In this document: one piece after another, positions 12,844-26,589 of the stretch
How the letters are laid out: each line of letters begins with the position of its first letter
Numbering within the stretch: position 1 is the first letter of the stretch
Assembly (NCBI GenBank): GCA_951406725.2
Contig: OX597818.1
Span: forward strand, 992,001 to 1,056,000
Direction: 5' to 3'
Source: Octopus vulgaris
Lineage: Eukaryota
Length of the DNA: 64,000 nt
Position numbers and translations under genes: made by a program
Notes under the pieces: model-generated
Told to the model about the DNA's origin: nothing
The model's database searches: none
What the model saw: the letters and a program-made list of their open reading frames with translations, nothing else

Positions 12844-13059
12844 ATCCGTGTTTTCTATATAAAACGAAAAAGCAGGACAGTATCGGAAACAAATATGACA
12901 CAGATACTATTTAATATATATGCAGGAAGACTTTTGATTGATAATATGACAAAATCAAGGCAAGATAAAAAATGAAAGTCGTCAATATATAAGGCATTCT
13001 GCCGAAACTACGTCTTTAAGATACGATTTGTTAGTAGTAACGCGAAAAGTAAACTATTT

Positions 13060-13560
13060 CCTAATGAAATCAAGAGAAGGATAAAAAGAGCAGAGAGAGA
13101 GGAATAAAGACAAAAGGAAAGTAAAGATTGAATGAAAAATGAAAAGGAGAATCAAGTCTGAAGTGAATGCTAGACTGGAGTTGAAAAAAAAAAAAGGCAC
13201 TTATCCAGGCAGTGGTCAAGCAGATAATGGTATGGGATATTGAATGGTCGTTTTGCACCAAAAAGGTGGACGTGGGGAAGACCCATTGACCTGGGAGTGC
13301 AGGTAGAAAGGAAGAGGAAGTGTAGAGAAAGAAGGCAATAAAGATAGATAGGAGGTGGTTATAGAGATAGGAAGAAATGAAAGGTAGTAAAGAGAGAAAA
13401 GATGTGTAGAGAGAAAGAACGATAGAAATAGATAGGGAATGTTTTACAAAGAAGAGGATAGGAAAGGTTAGAAAATGGAGACAATGTCCACCAAATGTTG
13501 AAAGCTGTGTGGGGTACCACTGAGTAAGAATAGATGTGTGACTTTACAATAAGAATAGAA
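13060..13560 (-). mobile_element. Highly degenerate Penelope-like RT fragment
   Basis: Broken minus-strand remnants resemble GTPT..LS.LVD, SLY.NIP and YLQVNG. It lies upstream of the 12.8-kb hammerhead on the same strand. Confidence 0.45.
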
Positions 13561-14929
13561 TCTATTCTTACTTTACAGTAAGAATAGATGTGTGACTTTA
13601 CAAATTTATTTCGTAATTTCGGTTTGCAATTATTTGTAGTTAAATGTTTCCTTTCAAAGTTTTTACTTTCAAACAATCTTTTCATGCACATTTTGGACCT
13701 AACAACCTATATGAGAAAATCGTTTTGACTGAAAGAATTTTGAAAGGGTTTTATTTTTAGACTGGGGTCAAATGGTTGAATCCATTCAACCATGTTTTAA
13801 ATCTTTAGCAACACCAATTACAAAGAACTTGGGAGTGGTACTGAACGATGGAGAGAAGTATTGACAGACAGAAAGAGAGAGTTACACATTTTAACTGGGT
13901 GGCAGCTGTCTTCAATAATTCAAGTAATGCTATATATTCAAATATAACCTTACATGCTGGTTTTGTTGTTATTGTTGCTGCTACTGTTGTCATTGTCACT
14001 TATTTTTTTTGTATTTTGACACTACTTTCCTTCAGAAGTTAGGGGTCATAAACTCCATAGGGAATTTTATGCCAGCTTCATCACTTTTATTTATTTATTT
14101 ATTTCTTGTTTTGAAACGAGATCAAACTTAAGCATTTTATACCGATAAATTTTAGACACTTTTCTGAAACTGGTAAGATTATGTAGGGGGTGCAAATTTT
14201 GATCTTGCACCCCCTGAAAATTCTAGGGGGTGCAAGTGCACCTGCTGCACCCCCTGTTCCTGGGCCCTTGTCATCATGGTGTTTGGAGTGATCACTAGTG
14301 ATGGCGATGTTATGCCTCCATTCATCTTCCCACACAGCCTCACACTCAACACGGAGGCTTACATCAAGTGCCTGGAGGAGGTAGTGCTGTCCTGGGTCAA
14401 GAGGGTGATTACTGGAAGACCCTGTCTGGCAACAGGACTCTGCACCATGCTACACAAACACGAGAACCCAGTCATGGCTGTCAGACAATTTCTGTGACCA
14501 CATCACTCCTAACATCTGGCCACCTAACTCGCCAGACTGCAACCCCTTTGATTATTATGTGTGGAGTGCAGTTGAGTGTGAGACCAACAAAATTTCTTGT
14601 AACACCAAAGATGAACTGAAGGCAAGGATTATGGCGATATTCACCAACTTAAACAAGGAGACCCTTCAGAAGTGTTGCAAGAGATTCAAAAGTCATCTGG
14701 AGGCTGTGGTTGAAACCAATGTCAATTTTATTGAATAAATTTTCTGTTTAGTATTTTAAGGTATTTTTATGTAATTATGATAAATAGACCTGTTAAAATG
14801 AGATGTCAGTGTTATTTTCATTTTTGATCACATTTGATCACAACCTTTATACGAGAAAGCCAAGGATGCTATTTGGTTTGTAGAATGTATAAATTCTGTC
14901 GTATTTGCAGAAATCCACTAACCCTGAAT

Positions 14930-17900
14930 GAACAACATCAATGGTAACTAGCGTGTAAGATGGGTATAACAGATATTGTGGCTCTACAAGAAACTAAACT
15001 ATCTGATGATGGCATGATAAAAAGCTTGGGCTGCTCAATTTTCTGATAAGGGAGAAAGGTGGGAAGGTAGTGTAGGTTTTGCAATTTGATCTTTTTTTGC
15101 AGGTTGTTATGATCAGTCTCTTATAGCAAGTGACTGGTTCATGATAGTTCATATACCACTGGAAAGGGAACATTTTACGACAATTATATGTGTGAATGCC
15201 CCAATGTTGGATGTTGATTATGAACTGACAATTGGCTTTTATCAAGATTTGAAACAAGTAATTTCTTCTACTTCAATAAGTGATAAACTTCTTATCTTAA
15301 GAGGTCTCAGTGCCTGAGTCAGCAAGATAATATGGACTGGGAATCTCTTGGTAATCATGGGCTAGATCAAATGAACAGCAATGGCCTTCTTATCCTTCAG
15401 CTTTGTATAGAATTTAATCTAGTTATTGGTAATATGTTCTTTCAACAAAAGAACATTCAGAAAGTGACATGGATTCACTCTAGATCAAAGCATGGACACA
15501 TGTTGGACTACGCAATCATCTGAAAGTGTGACTTAGCAGATATGTGTTCAGTATGTGTTAAATGAAGCACAGAGAGTGGTACTGACAATAAATTAGGAAA
15601 AAAAATAAGAATGAAAATACTAAAATGCATAAACGTTCAAAAGCTAAGGGAGGATAATTATGAAGCATTACTATTGGGAGGATATGCTGGGGCTAATTTT
15701 GATGATACTTGGGATAATTTCAAAGAAAAAATATACGGCATTGGTGCAGAAATTCTTGTTTTTCCCAAGTATGTGTATAAAGACTGATTTGATGACAATG
15801 ATGAGGACATAAAAGTTCATGAGCACAGGCATTCTCTTTACTAGCTTCTGAGGTGAACATAATTCTGTCATAACCACATTTAAAACAACAAATCATCTTT
15901 TCAAATGAAACAGTTGGTGCTCAAATATCTTCAAAGAAACATGAAATGCATATGATTGAAAGAATACAAAGCAATTGTATAGCTTACTGAAGCAAGCTTT
16001 TACTCCTCAAACCTCAACTATTGCACCTATAACATCTAGGGATAGAAATGTATTGTGTGAAGATCCCAATCAAATATAAAGGAAGTGAACTAAACTGTAC
16101 ACTGAACTTTTTCATAATCAGTCTACTGAAAATGATAAAATCAGAAATGTTCACCCACAGATACTCTATAAACAAAATGATGGTGACACCTTACATAGAT
16201 GGAATAAAATTTGCTATAAATAAGGTAAACAGAGGTAAAGCTCCAAGTTTTTACGGTATCCTTGTAGAACTACTATGATATTGTAATGATGTTGCAGCTG
16301 AAATTCATAAACATCTTTTACATGTATGGTAGGGCAATTATATCTTGAGGTTACTGGGCTTGGTGCAGTTTTAATGTCTTTATATAAAGGCAAAGGTAAT
16401 AAATCATTTTGTGGTGGTTGCTGTGGAATAAGCTTGCTAGAAGCAATTGGAAAATTTCTTGCAACAGTTCTCTTGGGTCACATTTCAGAATGAATAACAA
16501 AAAATGTCATACCTGTGAGTCATTCTGGTTCAAAGTACAACAGATTTAATCTTTTTCACCTGTCAAATACAAGAAAAATGCACTGAGTATGCACTGCCAC
16601 TTTTTAAAGGTTTTGCTGACCTTACAAAAGCGCTTGTTATGGCGTACAAGAAAGCTTTGTGGATAGTCTTGGAAAAGCTAGGATGCCCACTGGAGTTTGT
16701 TGACATGATTCATGAACTTTGTCTCAATATGAAGACCTGTGTTGATGTTAATGGTATTCTATAAGATCTATCCCAATTGATAATGGTCTGGAGCAAGGTG
16801 ACATACTTGCTCTGGTTCTTTTCTCCATCTGTTTTGCTATTGCTATTGCTTATACTTTTCAAGGATCTACCATTTAAGGTTCTGAATAGCTGGTGACTAT
16901 TTAATAGAATCAGTTGAGATTCAAAATCTAAGGCCTTTGAGGAGATTTACATGATTGCTATATGTTAATGATGTTGACTTGGTGGCTTATTCAGAACAAG
17001 GTATGCAACTGTTGATGGACAACTTTTCCAGAGCTTGCACTGCATTTGAACTCGCTATTGGTTTAACAAAAAATAAAATGATGTTCATGCCAGCACCTGG
17101 AGAAGCTTATGCTGACCCTAACATCAGGGTAAATGGAACATATTTGGATGCTGTCAAGGGTTTTGTATATCTTGAGTCCATTTCACCATCTAATGGATCT
17201 TTAGATGCTGAGACTCATCAAAGCTTGCAAAAACAACCGTTTCTTTTGGCAATCTTGAAAAACGTGTGTGAAAGGCCAGAGGAATCACTCTTAACGTGAA
17301 GGTTTCTATTTACAGGAGTTGTGTTTAAAGCTATATCTTGTATGCTTTGGAGGCGCAATGGCCCAGTGTTTAGGGCAGCGGACTCGCGGTCGTAGGATTG
17401 CGGTTTCGATTCCCAGACTGGGCGTTGTGAGTGTTTATTGAGCGAAAACACCTAAAGCTCCATGAGGCTCTGGCAGGGATGGTGGTGATCCCTGCTGTAC
17501 TCTTTCACCACAACTTTCTCTCACTCTTACTTCCTGTTTCCATTGTACCTGTATTTCAAAGGGCCGGCCTTGTCACTCTCTGTGTCACGCTGAATATCCC
17601 CGAGAACTATGTTAAGGGTACACGTGTCTGGGGAGTGCTCAGCCACTTACACGTTAATTTCACAAGCAGGCTGTTCCAACGGAGTGCTTCCATCATCATC
17701 CATCTTGTATGCTTCAGAAACATGGAGCACCTATTGTCATCATATTGCATCACTTAAAAGATTCTACCAAAACTGTTTAAGGTATATACTAAGGATAAAC
17801 TAGCAGACAAAAATCCCAGACACCATTGTTCTTGCAAATGTTAATATGCCCAGCATTAAAAAAAAATCATATGCATTGAATGAGCCATTTAATCAGAATG

Positions 17901-18300
17901 GATTACACAAGGATTCCTAAGCAATTACTTTATGGCAAACTAACATTAAATAAGAACTTACTGCATAAACCCTAGAAGAGATACAAGATGTGATAAAAGC
18001 AAACCCCAAACTTTTGAACATAGGAAATCAAGATCGAGAAATGCTTGCATTGGACTGATAAAAGAGGTGTGGTTCAATCAAGAAAGATTGTGAAACATTT
18101 GAACAGAACAAAATCAAAATACAAAAATAAAATGAGCTATTTGAAAGCATGAACAACCACCTAATGATTATGAGGAAGGATTCATGTGTGTTTCTTGTAA
18201 CTACTAATTCTTACCAAAAGATGGTCACATGGTGGGGAACAAAATCAAGACTCATATAGGAGCATATTCCTCTATGACTAAACCAAAACGTTTGACTAAT
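14930..18300 (+). mobile_element. Decayed RTE-clade LINE (APE + RT)
   Basis: Fragments LGNHGLDQMNSNGLL..LC.EFNLVIGN.FFQ..TWIHSRSKHGHMLDY, GKAPSFYGI, LLYVNDVDLV (YADD-derived) and LYASETW, with many stops and frameshifts. Confidence 0.85.
17348..17701 (+). mobile_element. tRNA-derived SINE inserted in the RTE LINE, 13-bp TSD
   Basis: A/B boxes (tggcccagtgtttagg; ggtttcgattccc) and a (CAT)n tail. TSD ATCTTGTATGCTT at 17335-17347 and 17702-17714. Confidence 0.88.
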
Positions 18301-19955
18301 TTGTATAACAAGGTTTTCAGGTCTACTGGGGGCTTGAACAATACACAAAAATGCGCCTGCAGAGTGGAAAACTTTTCACAGAATCGTTATATTTGAAGGA
18401 AAGCATGCAAATCACAAGCTAGACTTATGAACCATTTGTATTGTAAACACAGATATTAACGAATACCGATCGTTCTCTAAATTTATTTTGACTTTGCTCT
18501 CTTTAACCTGTTTATTGTCTGGTAGTCCCTTTCTGAGTTTAAGGAAGTTTTGCCCTTATATTTTATTGTTGTGGTGAACGTTTCTAGAAGGGGCCGCTCC
18601 CATTGTCAACAGAGGTGGACAAAAACCGGTAACCCAGCCACACCCTGTTTTCAACTGTTCTCTACCTCATAATCTATTCAATCCTTAATCCTTTTGTTCA
18701 ACACCAACCATGCAACAGCAACAACCAATGTTCCCCCACCCCTCCCTCTCTCTGACGAAATATTCTGTCCGCCACCCTCGACATCGCCTCGTCTTTATCG
18801 TAAAAGAAACTACCAGACTTGCTTTCACTGATGCCCTTCCCCGCCTGTGTCATTTCTCTTCACATGTGACCGCTGGAACAGCTAAATTTCCGTAAAATTC
18901 ATCTTTAAAAAGAGGAACAGTGATATATTAGACAATGCAGTTCACTATAGCTCGAAAGTGAGGAAACAGTCATGGTTGGAATGGCCATCATTGTAACTTA
19001 TTCAAAAACAACAGGCATTCATTCAAGGGAAATAACTCCTAAATTCTGTCGCTGATGCAGAAAAGAATTATTTCCCTTTGACCATAAGCTTTGATACGTC
19101 TGTTGAATTGTTTCTGTTGATAGAGATGTAAGGACTGAAAAAAGCTTACAAAATTGCTGTTTTTTTTACTATCTTTATCTTTTACTTATTTTAGTAATTT
19201 CACCATAGCTGTCTTGGGGCACCGCTATGCTTATTAATTTTTTTTTTTAAACCTGTTCAATACCATGGTGAACGTAAGCGCAGGTGTGACTGTATAGCAA
19301 GAAGTTTGCTTCTCAACCACATAAGTTCCGGGTTCAGTCTCACTGTGACATCTTCTGTGTTGGTGTGTTTAAGCTCCTGTAACTTAGCAGTTCGGCAAAA
19401 AAAGCTTTGTAAGCTCGTAAGTCACCAAAGATACGAAATGAAGAGCCGTCTGTGTAAGTCCTCGCTTGCCAGTGCTCAGACGTTCTAGTCACAGACTAGA
19501 AAATTTTCATTATAATATCTAGTAACTTGGGACACAGCGATCTCAGGCTAAGCCTACTAAGGAGTCGGTGATGGCCTGTCCCCATCCTGAGATGTGAAGT
19601 GTAGGCCGACAATATGCGATCATACCTTAATATCCATCACTCCTTCCCAGCAGCTATGGGTGGCACAGTCTCATTGCTTTGTGAGTGCTGAAGATAGTAT
19701 GATTCTAAAGGATTCTAAAGGATAAAAAACCCGGAGAGAAATTTTAAGTTTTGAGCCTCATTGGAGGTAAAATATGTCTTTTTGGTAGTATTTTTGGTAA
19801 CTTCAGCAACCAAACTAGTACCTAATGCACTGTCTTCGTTCTATGACTTGGATTGGTGAGATCAAGAGGTAGGTGCCAAAGCATGGGGAACTCTGGATTC
19901 CCAAGACTCTCATGAAACTGTTCTGGCTCGTCTTCCTCTTCTATCTCTAGTGTCC

Positions 19956-20483
19956 ATATGTTAAATAAAATGAGACAACAAATTTAAGGCTGTGTGGAAT
20001 TTATAGGACATTTATAAAGAGAAATATAATCTTACATCTGTTTCTGGGACATTAGGGATATCCCTTCATAAGAGACGATATGAAAGAGTTAACTAGAGGG
20101 TAATAGTAAAGTTCCATATAATGAGTTATTTTGGAGAAGGATGGATATAGGAAATATAAAGGGAAATAAGGGAATAAAAGTAAAAAGTAAAATATATGTA
20201 GGATGTTACAGTTGCAGTTCCATTATCCAAGGAAAGTGCTGTGTAGAATGAGTAGAAGTGCTTCCATGGTATGTAGAATCCGATGTAGAATCAATTTGTA
20301 ATAACAAAATATGAACTCCTATCAGATTCTACATATCATGGACTCTTTCCCTCTAGTTAACTCTCTCATATCGTCTCTGATGTAGGATATCCCAGAAACA
20401 GCTTTAAGACTACCTTTCCCTTTATAAATATTCTATAAATTCCACACAGCCTTGGCTTTGCTGTTTCATTTTATTCAACATAT
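19956..20483. repeat. Inverted pair of PLE pseudo-LTR fragments with two decayed hammerheads
   Basis: Arms 19956-20120 and 20335-20483 are reverse complements. Plus arm: gtct CTGATGT aggatatccca GAAA cagctt TA agac (20373-20410). Minus arm: gtct CTTATGA aggg...ccca GAAA cagatg TA agat (20029-20076). Confidence 0.8.
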
Positions 20484-20603
20484 ACATGCTCACACAAGAC
20501 CCGCATTAGACTCCTCACTCCTTATTATTGAATCGAGAGTCTAACTACAGTCTCCCCGTAGCACTTACATAACCTTACCTGCCATCTTGGGTCTTCTGGA
20601 TAC

Positions 20604-20639
<36 letters not shown>

Positions 20640-20719
20640 TATATGTATTTGTATGTGAGTAATACCTGTACCAATACCTGTAGACAAATGGTTATTTCTC
20701 CTCCTCGGTACAGGACAGT

Positions 20720-20837
<118 letters not shown>

Positions 20838-23749
20838 CATAGATAGAAATAGAGTAGAGGGTGAGCTAGTTAAGAAGCTAGAAGAGGCAATTAGAAGCGG
20901 CATCGCATCCGACGTTTTGGCGGCGAGGTTGGCCCTCGACCAACACTTCAACGCCAAACACGAAGGATGTGCTGTCAGAGCTAGGATGCGTGCTCTAAGG
21001 AACGAAGGTGTTGGAGCCGCGAGAGAGGCCCGGGTGGCAGAGGCGCAACAGGGCAACAAAGCCACCATTCGGTCACTGGTAGATGAACAGGGGCGCGAAT
21101 TGCTCGAGCCAAGTAAAATGTGTGAAGCCTTTCAGCAGCATTTTGCCCGACTGTTCGGAACGAGTGGAGGGCAAGAACGTAGGGTGGACTTCAGTGCCTA
21201 CCTACATAGCCTACCACGACTCTCGACAAGAAAGGCAGGGTGCTGCGAAGGTGCCATCACGGCGGCGGAAGTGCGGGAAGCGATGGCAGAATGCTCGAGG
21301 GACAAATCACCGGGTTTGGATGGTCTACCCTACGAGCTTTACAATTGTATGCCAGACTTGTTTGGAGATCTCTTGGCGGCGGTGTACTGCAACTGGCAGC
21401 AAAACGGGAGCATTCCTGGTTTTGTGAGCCGAGGAGCCGTAACACTGCTGAAGAAAGATCTAAACAAGGGAAATGTAATAGATAACTTTAGGCCCATCAC
21501 TCTGCTTAATGCAGACTTGAAAATTTTGGCCAAGGTGCTAGCCAAGAGGTTGGCGCTTGTCATCGAGAAACTGGTCGACAAGGCGCAAACATGCGCCGTG
21601 CCAGGCCGGACCATCCATGACAACCTCCATCTGATGCGCTACATCATAGACAGGGTAGTTAACGAACCTGGCATGGGTGGGGCCCTGATCAACTTGGATC
21701 AATCGAAAGCCTTTGATAGGGTAGACCATCGATACTTGGGGGCAGTCCTGAGAGCGGCTGGTTTCGGTCCCGTTTTCCGCGGCTGGATGGCTGCCTTGTA
21801 CAGAGGCATCCGTTCGGTAATTCGCGTAAATGGACATCTATCGAGACCTTTCGACATTGCACGTTCGGTCCGTCAGGGATGCCCCCTCTCGGCGCTTCTA
21901 TACGTATTGACTCTTGAGCCACTACTGCGGAAGCTGGCGACTCTAAGGGGCATCCCGCGAGAATTGGGATGCGGGACGAGCGTGTCTGCATACGCGGACG
22001 ACGTCACCGTCATAGTGTCTAGCCACGAGCACATCGAGCTGGTCGGCGAGACACTGAAAAACTACGAAGCGGTGACAGGAGCGAAAATCAACCGGGAAAA
22101 GTCAGTGGGCTTGCGACTAGGCACCTGGAGAAGCAAGCCCATGCCGTCCACCAGCGCCTCTGTCGTGGGACGCTGGACCGACGGCCCGGTTGAGTTGCTC
22201 GGGGTCTGGTTTGGTCCGGACCTCCAAGTGGAGAAGAACTGGAACGAGATAACGAGTAGGGTGGTCACTCTCGCCCGGCAATGGGCCGAGAGGAAACTGT
22301 CCCTAAAAGGTCGAGCGGAGGTGGCGAACACGTACATCGCGTCCGTCATCTACTACCGCCTGACCGTCGTACCTTGTCCCGACCCTACCATCACCAAACT
22401 AGAACGCATCCTCTTTCGCTTCTTGTGGAAAGGATGCGTCCCGATGGTCAGGCGATCCATTTGCTGTCAACACCCGTTAAAAGGAGGGCTGGGCATGCCG
22501 TGGTTGATGATGCGCAGACACGCGCTGAGACTGCGACATCTCTGGCTCTATGTAGACGACGGTGAACAGGTGTGGTCGCCGTTTGTGAGGCACGCTTTCC
22601 CGCAGCTCGTCTCCATGACCGAACTGCAGTCGTGGATCAAAAAGAGGCCGAGGAAGGGCGAATGGCACCGCGAGTGTCGCGTTGCTCTCAAGCAACTCTG
22701 CCGTCCTGGGTCGACCTTAAGTGACTTCAACACAACCAAAGCATTCTATAGGGGTTTAGTGGAGGGGAGGTACGACGACGAGCTCGGGGCGAACCTGGAC
22801 GTCGACGAGGAGTACCTGACCCGCCTGTTCAGGACGACTTTCGGGCCAGGGCCCATGGACAACTTCCAGAGATCCCTGGCCTGGCAGTGCTACCGAGAAG
22901 CGCTACCCGTTCGGGATAAGCTCTACAGACACGGCTCGAGAAACACGGGGCCGACCTGCCCGAGATGCGGTCAGAGCGACGAAACCGTTCTGCACGCACT
23001 CGTTTAGTGTCCAACAATTTCCGACCTGTGGGCTTATGTCGAACAACTGCTGTCACGTGTGGGACGAGTCGGTTTATCAGCTGAGTCTATCGTCAATATT
23101 GTCACGCCTCCTTCCTTCAAACGGGAAGGAAGAGCTATTTTCATAATCCTTGTGGCTATGGCGAAAGAATGTATCTGGTGGACGCGTCTGAAAGGATTGG
23201 AGACAAACACTTTCCTCTCTGGTCAATCTCTCATCAACTTCTTCAAGTACCACTTGAAAAGGAAAGTGAGAGTAGAGAGGCAAGTTTTGTCTAGCGAATG
23301 TTTTAAAAAAGATGGGTGAATGTAGCAAGAATGGCACGTATGAATGACGAAGCCACCTTGAGCATAGTCCTATGAACCCAGAAATCGAAAACAGAGAGTT
23401 GCTTATTTGCAAAAAAAAAAAAAAAAAAAGAAATATAAAATGTGACTTCATTGACCGAGGTTACCGTGGTCTTTTCCGTAGGCTTTTCTTTCCACGGGTA
23501 AACCTCACCTGTCCTCCCCTTTACACTTCATATTGACATTTCTGTGATAACGATCCCTATTGATCAATTTTTTTTCCTCTCCCCTTTTTTTTAACCCCCC
23601 TTTTTTTGTCCTCTCTCTCTCCTTTTACGATCCCTTTTGATCGAAACTCCCCCTTCCTTTTTTTTTTTTTTTTTTAAACCTTCAAAAGAAAAGCTCTACC
23701 TTGTAATTTGTTCTATCTGTGTGCAGCCCTGTGTGGCTAATAAAGAAAC
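20838..23749 (+). mobile_element. 5'-truncated Tx1/L1-clade LINE (RT + C-terminal CCHC)
   Basis: ORF 20917-23007: KSPGLDG, NFRPITLLNAD.KI, LDQSKAFDRV, VRQGCPLS, AYADD, GGLGMP, CPRC-H-C. A TAG inside the zinc knuckle is followed by in-frame continuation to 23319. The 3' UTR is T/C-rich and ends AATAAAGAAAC. It is much more GC-rich than the flanks. Confidence 0.92.
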
Positions 23750-23772
23750 ATATCTATCTATCTATCTATCTA

Positions 23773-23828
<56 letters not shown>

Positions 23829-24329
23829 CCTATCTATCTATCTATCAGCCCAAGAAGTCCTATAATGGTAGCTTCCCCCAAAATATATAGTATATATATG
23901 ATATATGATATATATATATATATATATATATATAGTATATCGTATGATGTCACCTTGAACCCCGTTTTTCTTTTGTCTTGATGACAGTGGATGATAAATT
24001 ATTTTGTCAATATTTTTTAGAACATTTCATTGATATTACTGAAATGATGTTATTTATTTCAGCAGCTATTCAACATTGTCATCCTTATTCCTTCAAAATT
24101 ATATTGAAATCACACAGAGGTTACTTCATTCACTTCAATTGGCTTCTTTTTCCTCATTCCGTTTGCAAAAATACCTGCGGCCTAAGATTCACAAATCCTC
24201 CAAACAGATTATGGAGTAAATTCCTAAATATGTAACAAAGCACCCACGGTATTTATTATCTTCTGAGTTTAAATCTCATCGAGTTCAACTTCCATCCCTC
24301 CATGGTTAATAAATGTACTGGGGTCAATT

Positions 24330-25100
24330 TAATATTCTTATAAAGCACATAGATGTGAGTGGAATGATAAAAGAAGAGACTAAGTCCCGTTTATATGAAA
24401 CTCATAAGAAACCGTCTATCGTAGTTGAAGGAATAATACTAAAAGTGGTAAGCAAGTTTGTCTCATTGGACGGCAGACTCAGTCGTTCTTTCTCCTTGGA
24501 TGATGACACCTGTACAGCAACTGATTTCTTCAGGGCTCTTGAGACATGTGTCTGGTCTCAACATGGCATCACAAGGCGAACAAAAGTTGTACTGTGTGTG
24601 AGTGCTGACGTTACACCTTTACCCATGTGAGACGTAGAATCATGTAAGGATTCTTGAACTATTCCATTAGAAATGTCTGAGATATATTCTGAACGTTGGA
24701 TGGTCCTTGCGGACTCCAGACGATGGTCTTGAGGGTAACCGATATCCTGAGCATTGAGGTGATGGTGCACAAGAACCGTTTATGTTGGAGTGAATTCCTT
24801 ATTCGTGTGAATGATCAGAGGATTCTTAAGCAGATGCTATATGATGAACTTATTTGGAGATAGTGCCTTCAGCAGAAACCATGACTATGATTTAAGAATC
24901 GTGTAAAGTCCTCGTTGAAGGTTTATGAAATATTGGACGTCAGTTGGGAAGGCAATGTTTGTCATTGTCTCAACGGAAGAAACAATTGAAAGGAGTGAAT
25001 GTTTTCGAAAACAGAAAGAAAACAACCCCAAAACACGCAATTTTCATGCAGAATTAAGGCGAGCTGCTCGGAAACGCACAGTCAGTGTAGTGAATAGGAG
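24330..25100 (+). mobile_element. Degenerate RTE LINE 3' fragment
   Basis: Remnants LKVVSKFVSL.G.LS, FRALETCVWSQHGI...TKV and RILKQMLYDEL. Confidence 0.7.
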
Positions 25101-26589
25101 AATAGGATAAACATTTTCGGTTTTAAAAAATTGTCAATAATTTAAGGGAGGTCTGGCTGTTGTTTCTAGCACATCCTAAAACCTCCCTTGTCGTTTCTTT
25201 CTCACTCACACATCTATTGATATTTTTCAATATTTTTCTCCTCATAAACAAATTTTATGGAATGATGGTGTCAAAGTAACACACCAAGCGAGGCCGTGAT
25301 ATGTGTGTGTGTAAGATAAAAGCACCTAAGATAAAAGCTTTAGTGTTCTTATTAATCTGTCAAATATAATGCTTATTTGTTTGAATAGATAGTTTGAATT
25401 ATTCAGGTTCAATATTTGCTTGCAACTTTGTAAATTTTTTACATACATAGTTGAAATTTTGTCAGTGGGTGCTTTATATACCACTGGTTTATTGTTATGT
25501 AATTTTAGCTGATCTTGCTGAGTAAATTTGACTTTTATGGGCAGGTAAATTTAATTGACAAGTGTAAAAGCAATAACATTATGGATAAACACTAAAATTG
25601 AAATTCTTCACGCATCTTACATGTTTGATATGTTACTAAAATTATCCCAGAGGGATTTTGCCACTTTTCAAGATGAGGTACATTAATTTGAATTAACTAA
25701 AATACAGGTAAATCGGTACAAGATTTTATTCTTTCGTAAATATTTCGTACTTCGGTGTTGAATAATTTTTTCCACAGATTTTTTTTCGGGTGCATTCAAA
25801 GTATCTGACCTCCAAACACACTGCAAGCCACTTTTTTTTCCAGAAAAGAAAGATGGGAGGGGTGGTGGGAACCTCGACGTTTCCCCACCCAGAGAGTTTT
25901 GTTTCGCGGGTCTTTTTTTTTCTTTTCCAGGTAATTTTGCATGCTTTCAACAAATGTGACATCAAAATCACGGATAAACGGCTCCTTTTTCCAGAAAAGG
26001 AAATATTTGGCTACCACATAACAGCTATTTGCGTTCACACCGAAATATTTACCAGCTTTGTTCCTTCCATTTATTTTTTCCACTTTATGGATGTCAATAT
26101 TTTCTCTGTTGACATTCATCTCAGTTAATTTTGCTTTTCTCCCAGTTCTGAACTTTCTGAAAGAAAAGCCCCCACATTATCTGAAAGCTATGAGAATTCA
26201 CTAACGTAATTTGTTTATTTTTAAAAAGATTTCGTAGAGGAAATAGATACAATGGATTTTGGCCGGTTTAAACACTAAAGGGTTAAAAGTGCCAAAACTA
26301 TAAAATCAGCTTTTTTGGTCTTTTTGAGGGCTTTAGAACCCAAAAATGCCGATATTATAGTTTTAAGTTTCAAAGGGCCTAAAAAAGGCTGATTTCATAG
26401 CTTTGGCCCTTATTAGGTCTTTAAAAGCTTTTAGAGTCAGAAAGGGTAAAACAAAACTCAAATGAAACACAATATGAGTATTTAACTAAAGTTTATCGAT
26501 AAAGTGGCCGTAAAAAAATAAGAATATATAAAATAATGAATAATACGATATGTACAAAATTTAATTTTTCTTCTTCTTCTCCATTTTGT

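Larger units (their letters stand above)
9784..14270. mobile_element. hAT-like non-autonomous element with 8-bp TSD, containing nested elements
   Basis: TSD TCATCATG at 9776-9783 and 14271-14278. Imperfect ~16-bp TIRs cagtgacccgggaaca / tgttcctgggcccttg, with subterminal GGGGGTGCA motifs at both ends. Confidence 0.8.
9092..14848 (+). mobile_element. DD37D (maT-like) Tc1/mariner transposon split by a 4.5-kb insertion
   Basis: The 5' part (9092-9783) has LWFFSNEKNF. The 3' part (14271-14848) has MVFGVI and QQDSAP-(37 aa)-D, ending WPPNSPDCNPFDY. The coding sequence resumes exactly after the duplicated TCATCATG. Confidence 0.85.

Noticed and set aside
17349-17420. tRNA-like sequences at SINE heads (also 3016 and 33720)
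   Set aside because: They continue into SINE bodies and tails and lack a complete cloverleaf. Not tRNA genes.
21083-23056. Many overlapping alternative-frame ORFs within the Tx1-like LINE
   Set aside because: An expected by-product of GC-rich coding sequence.
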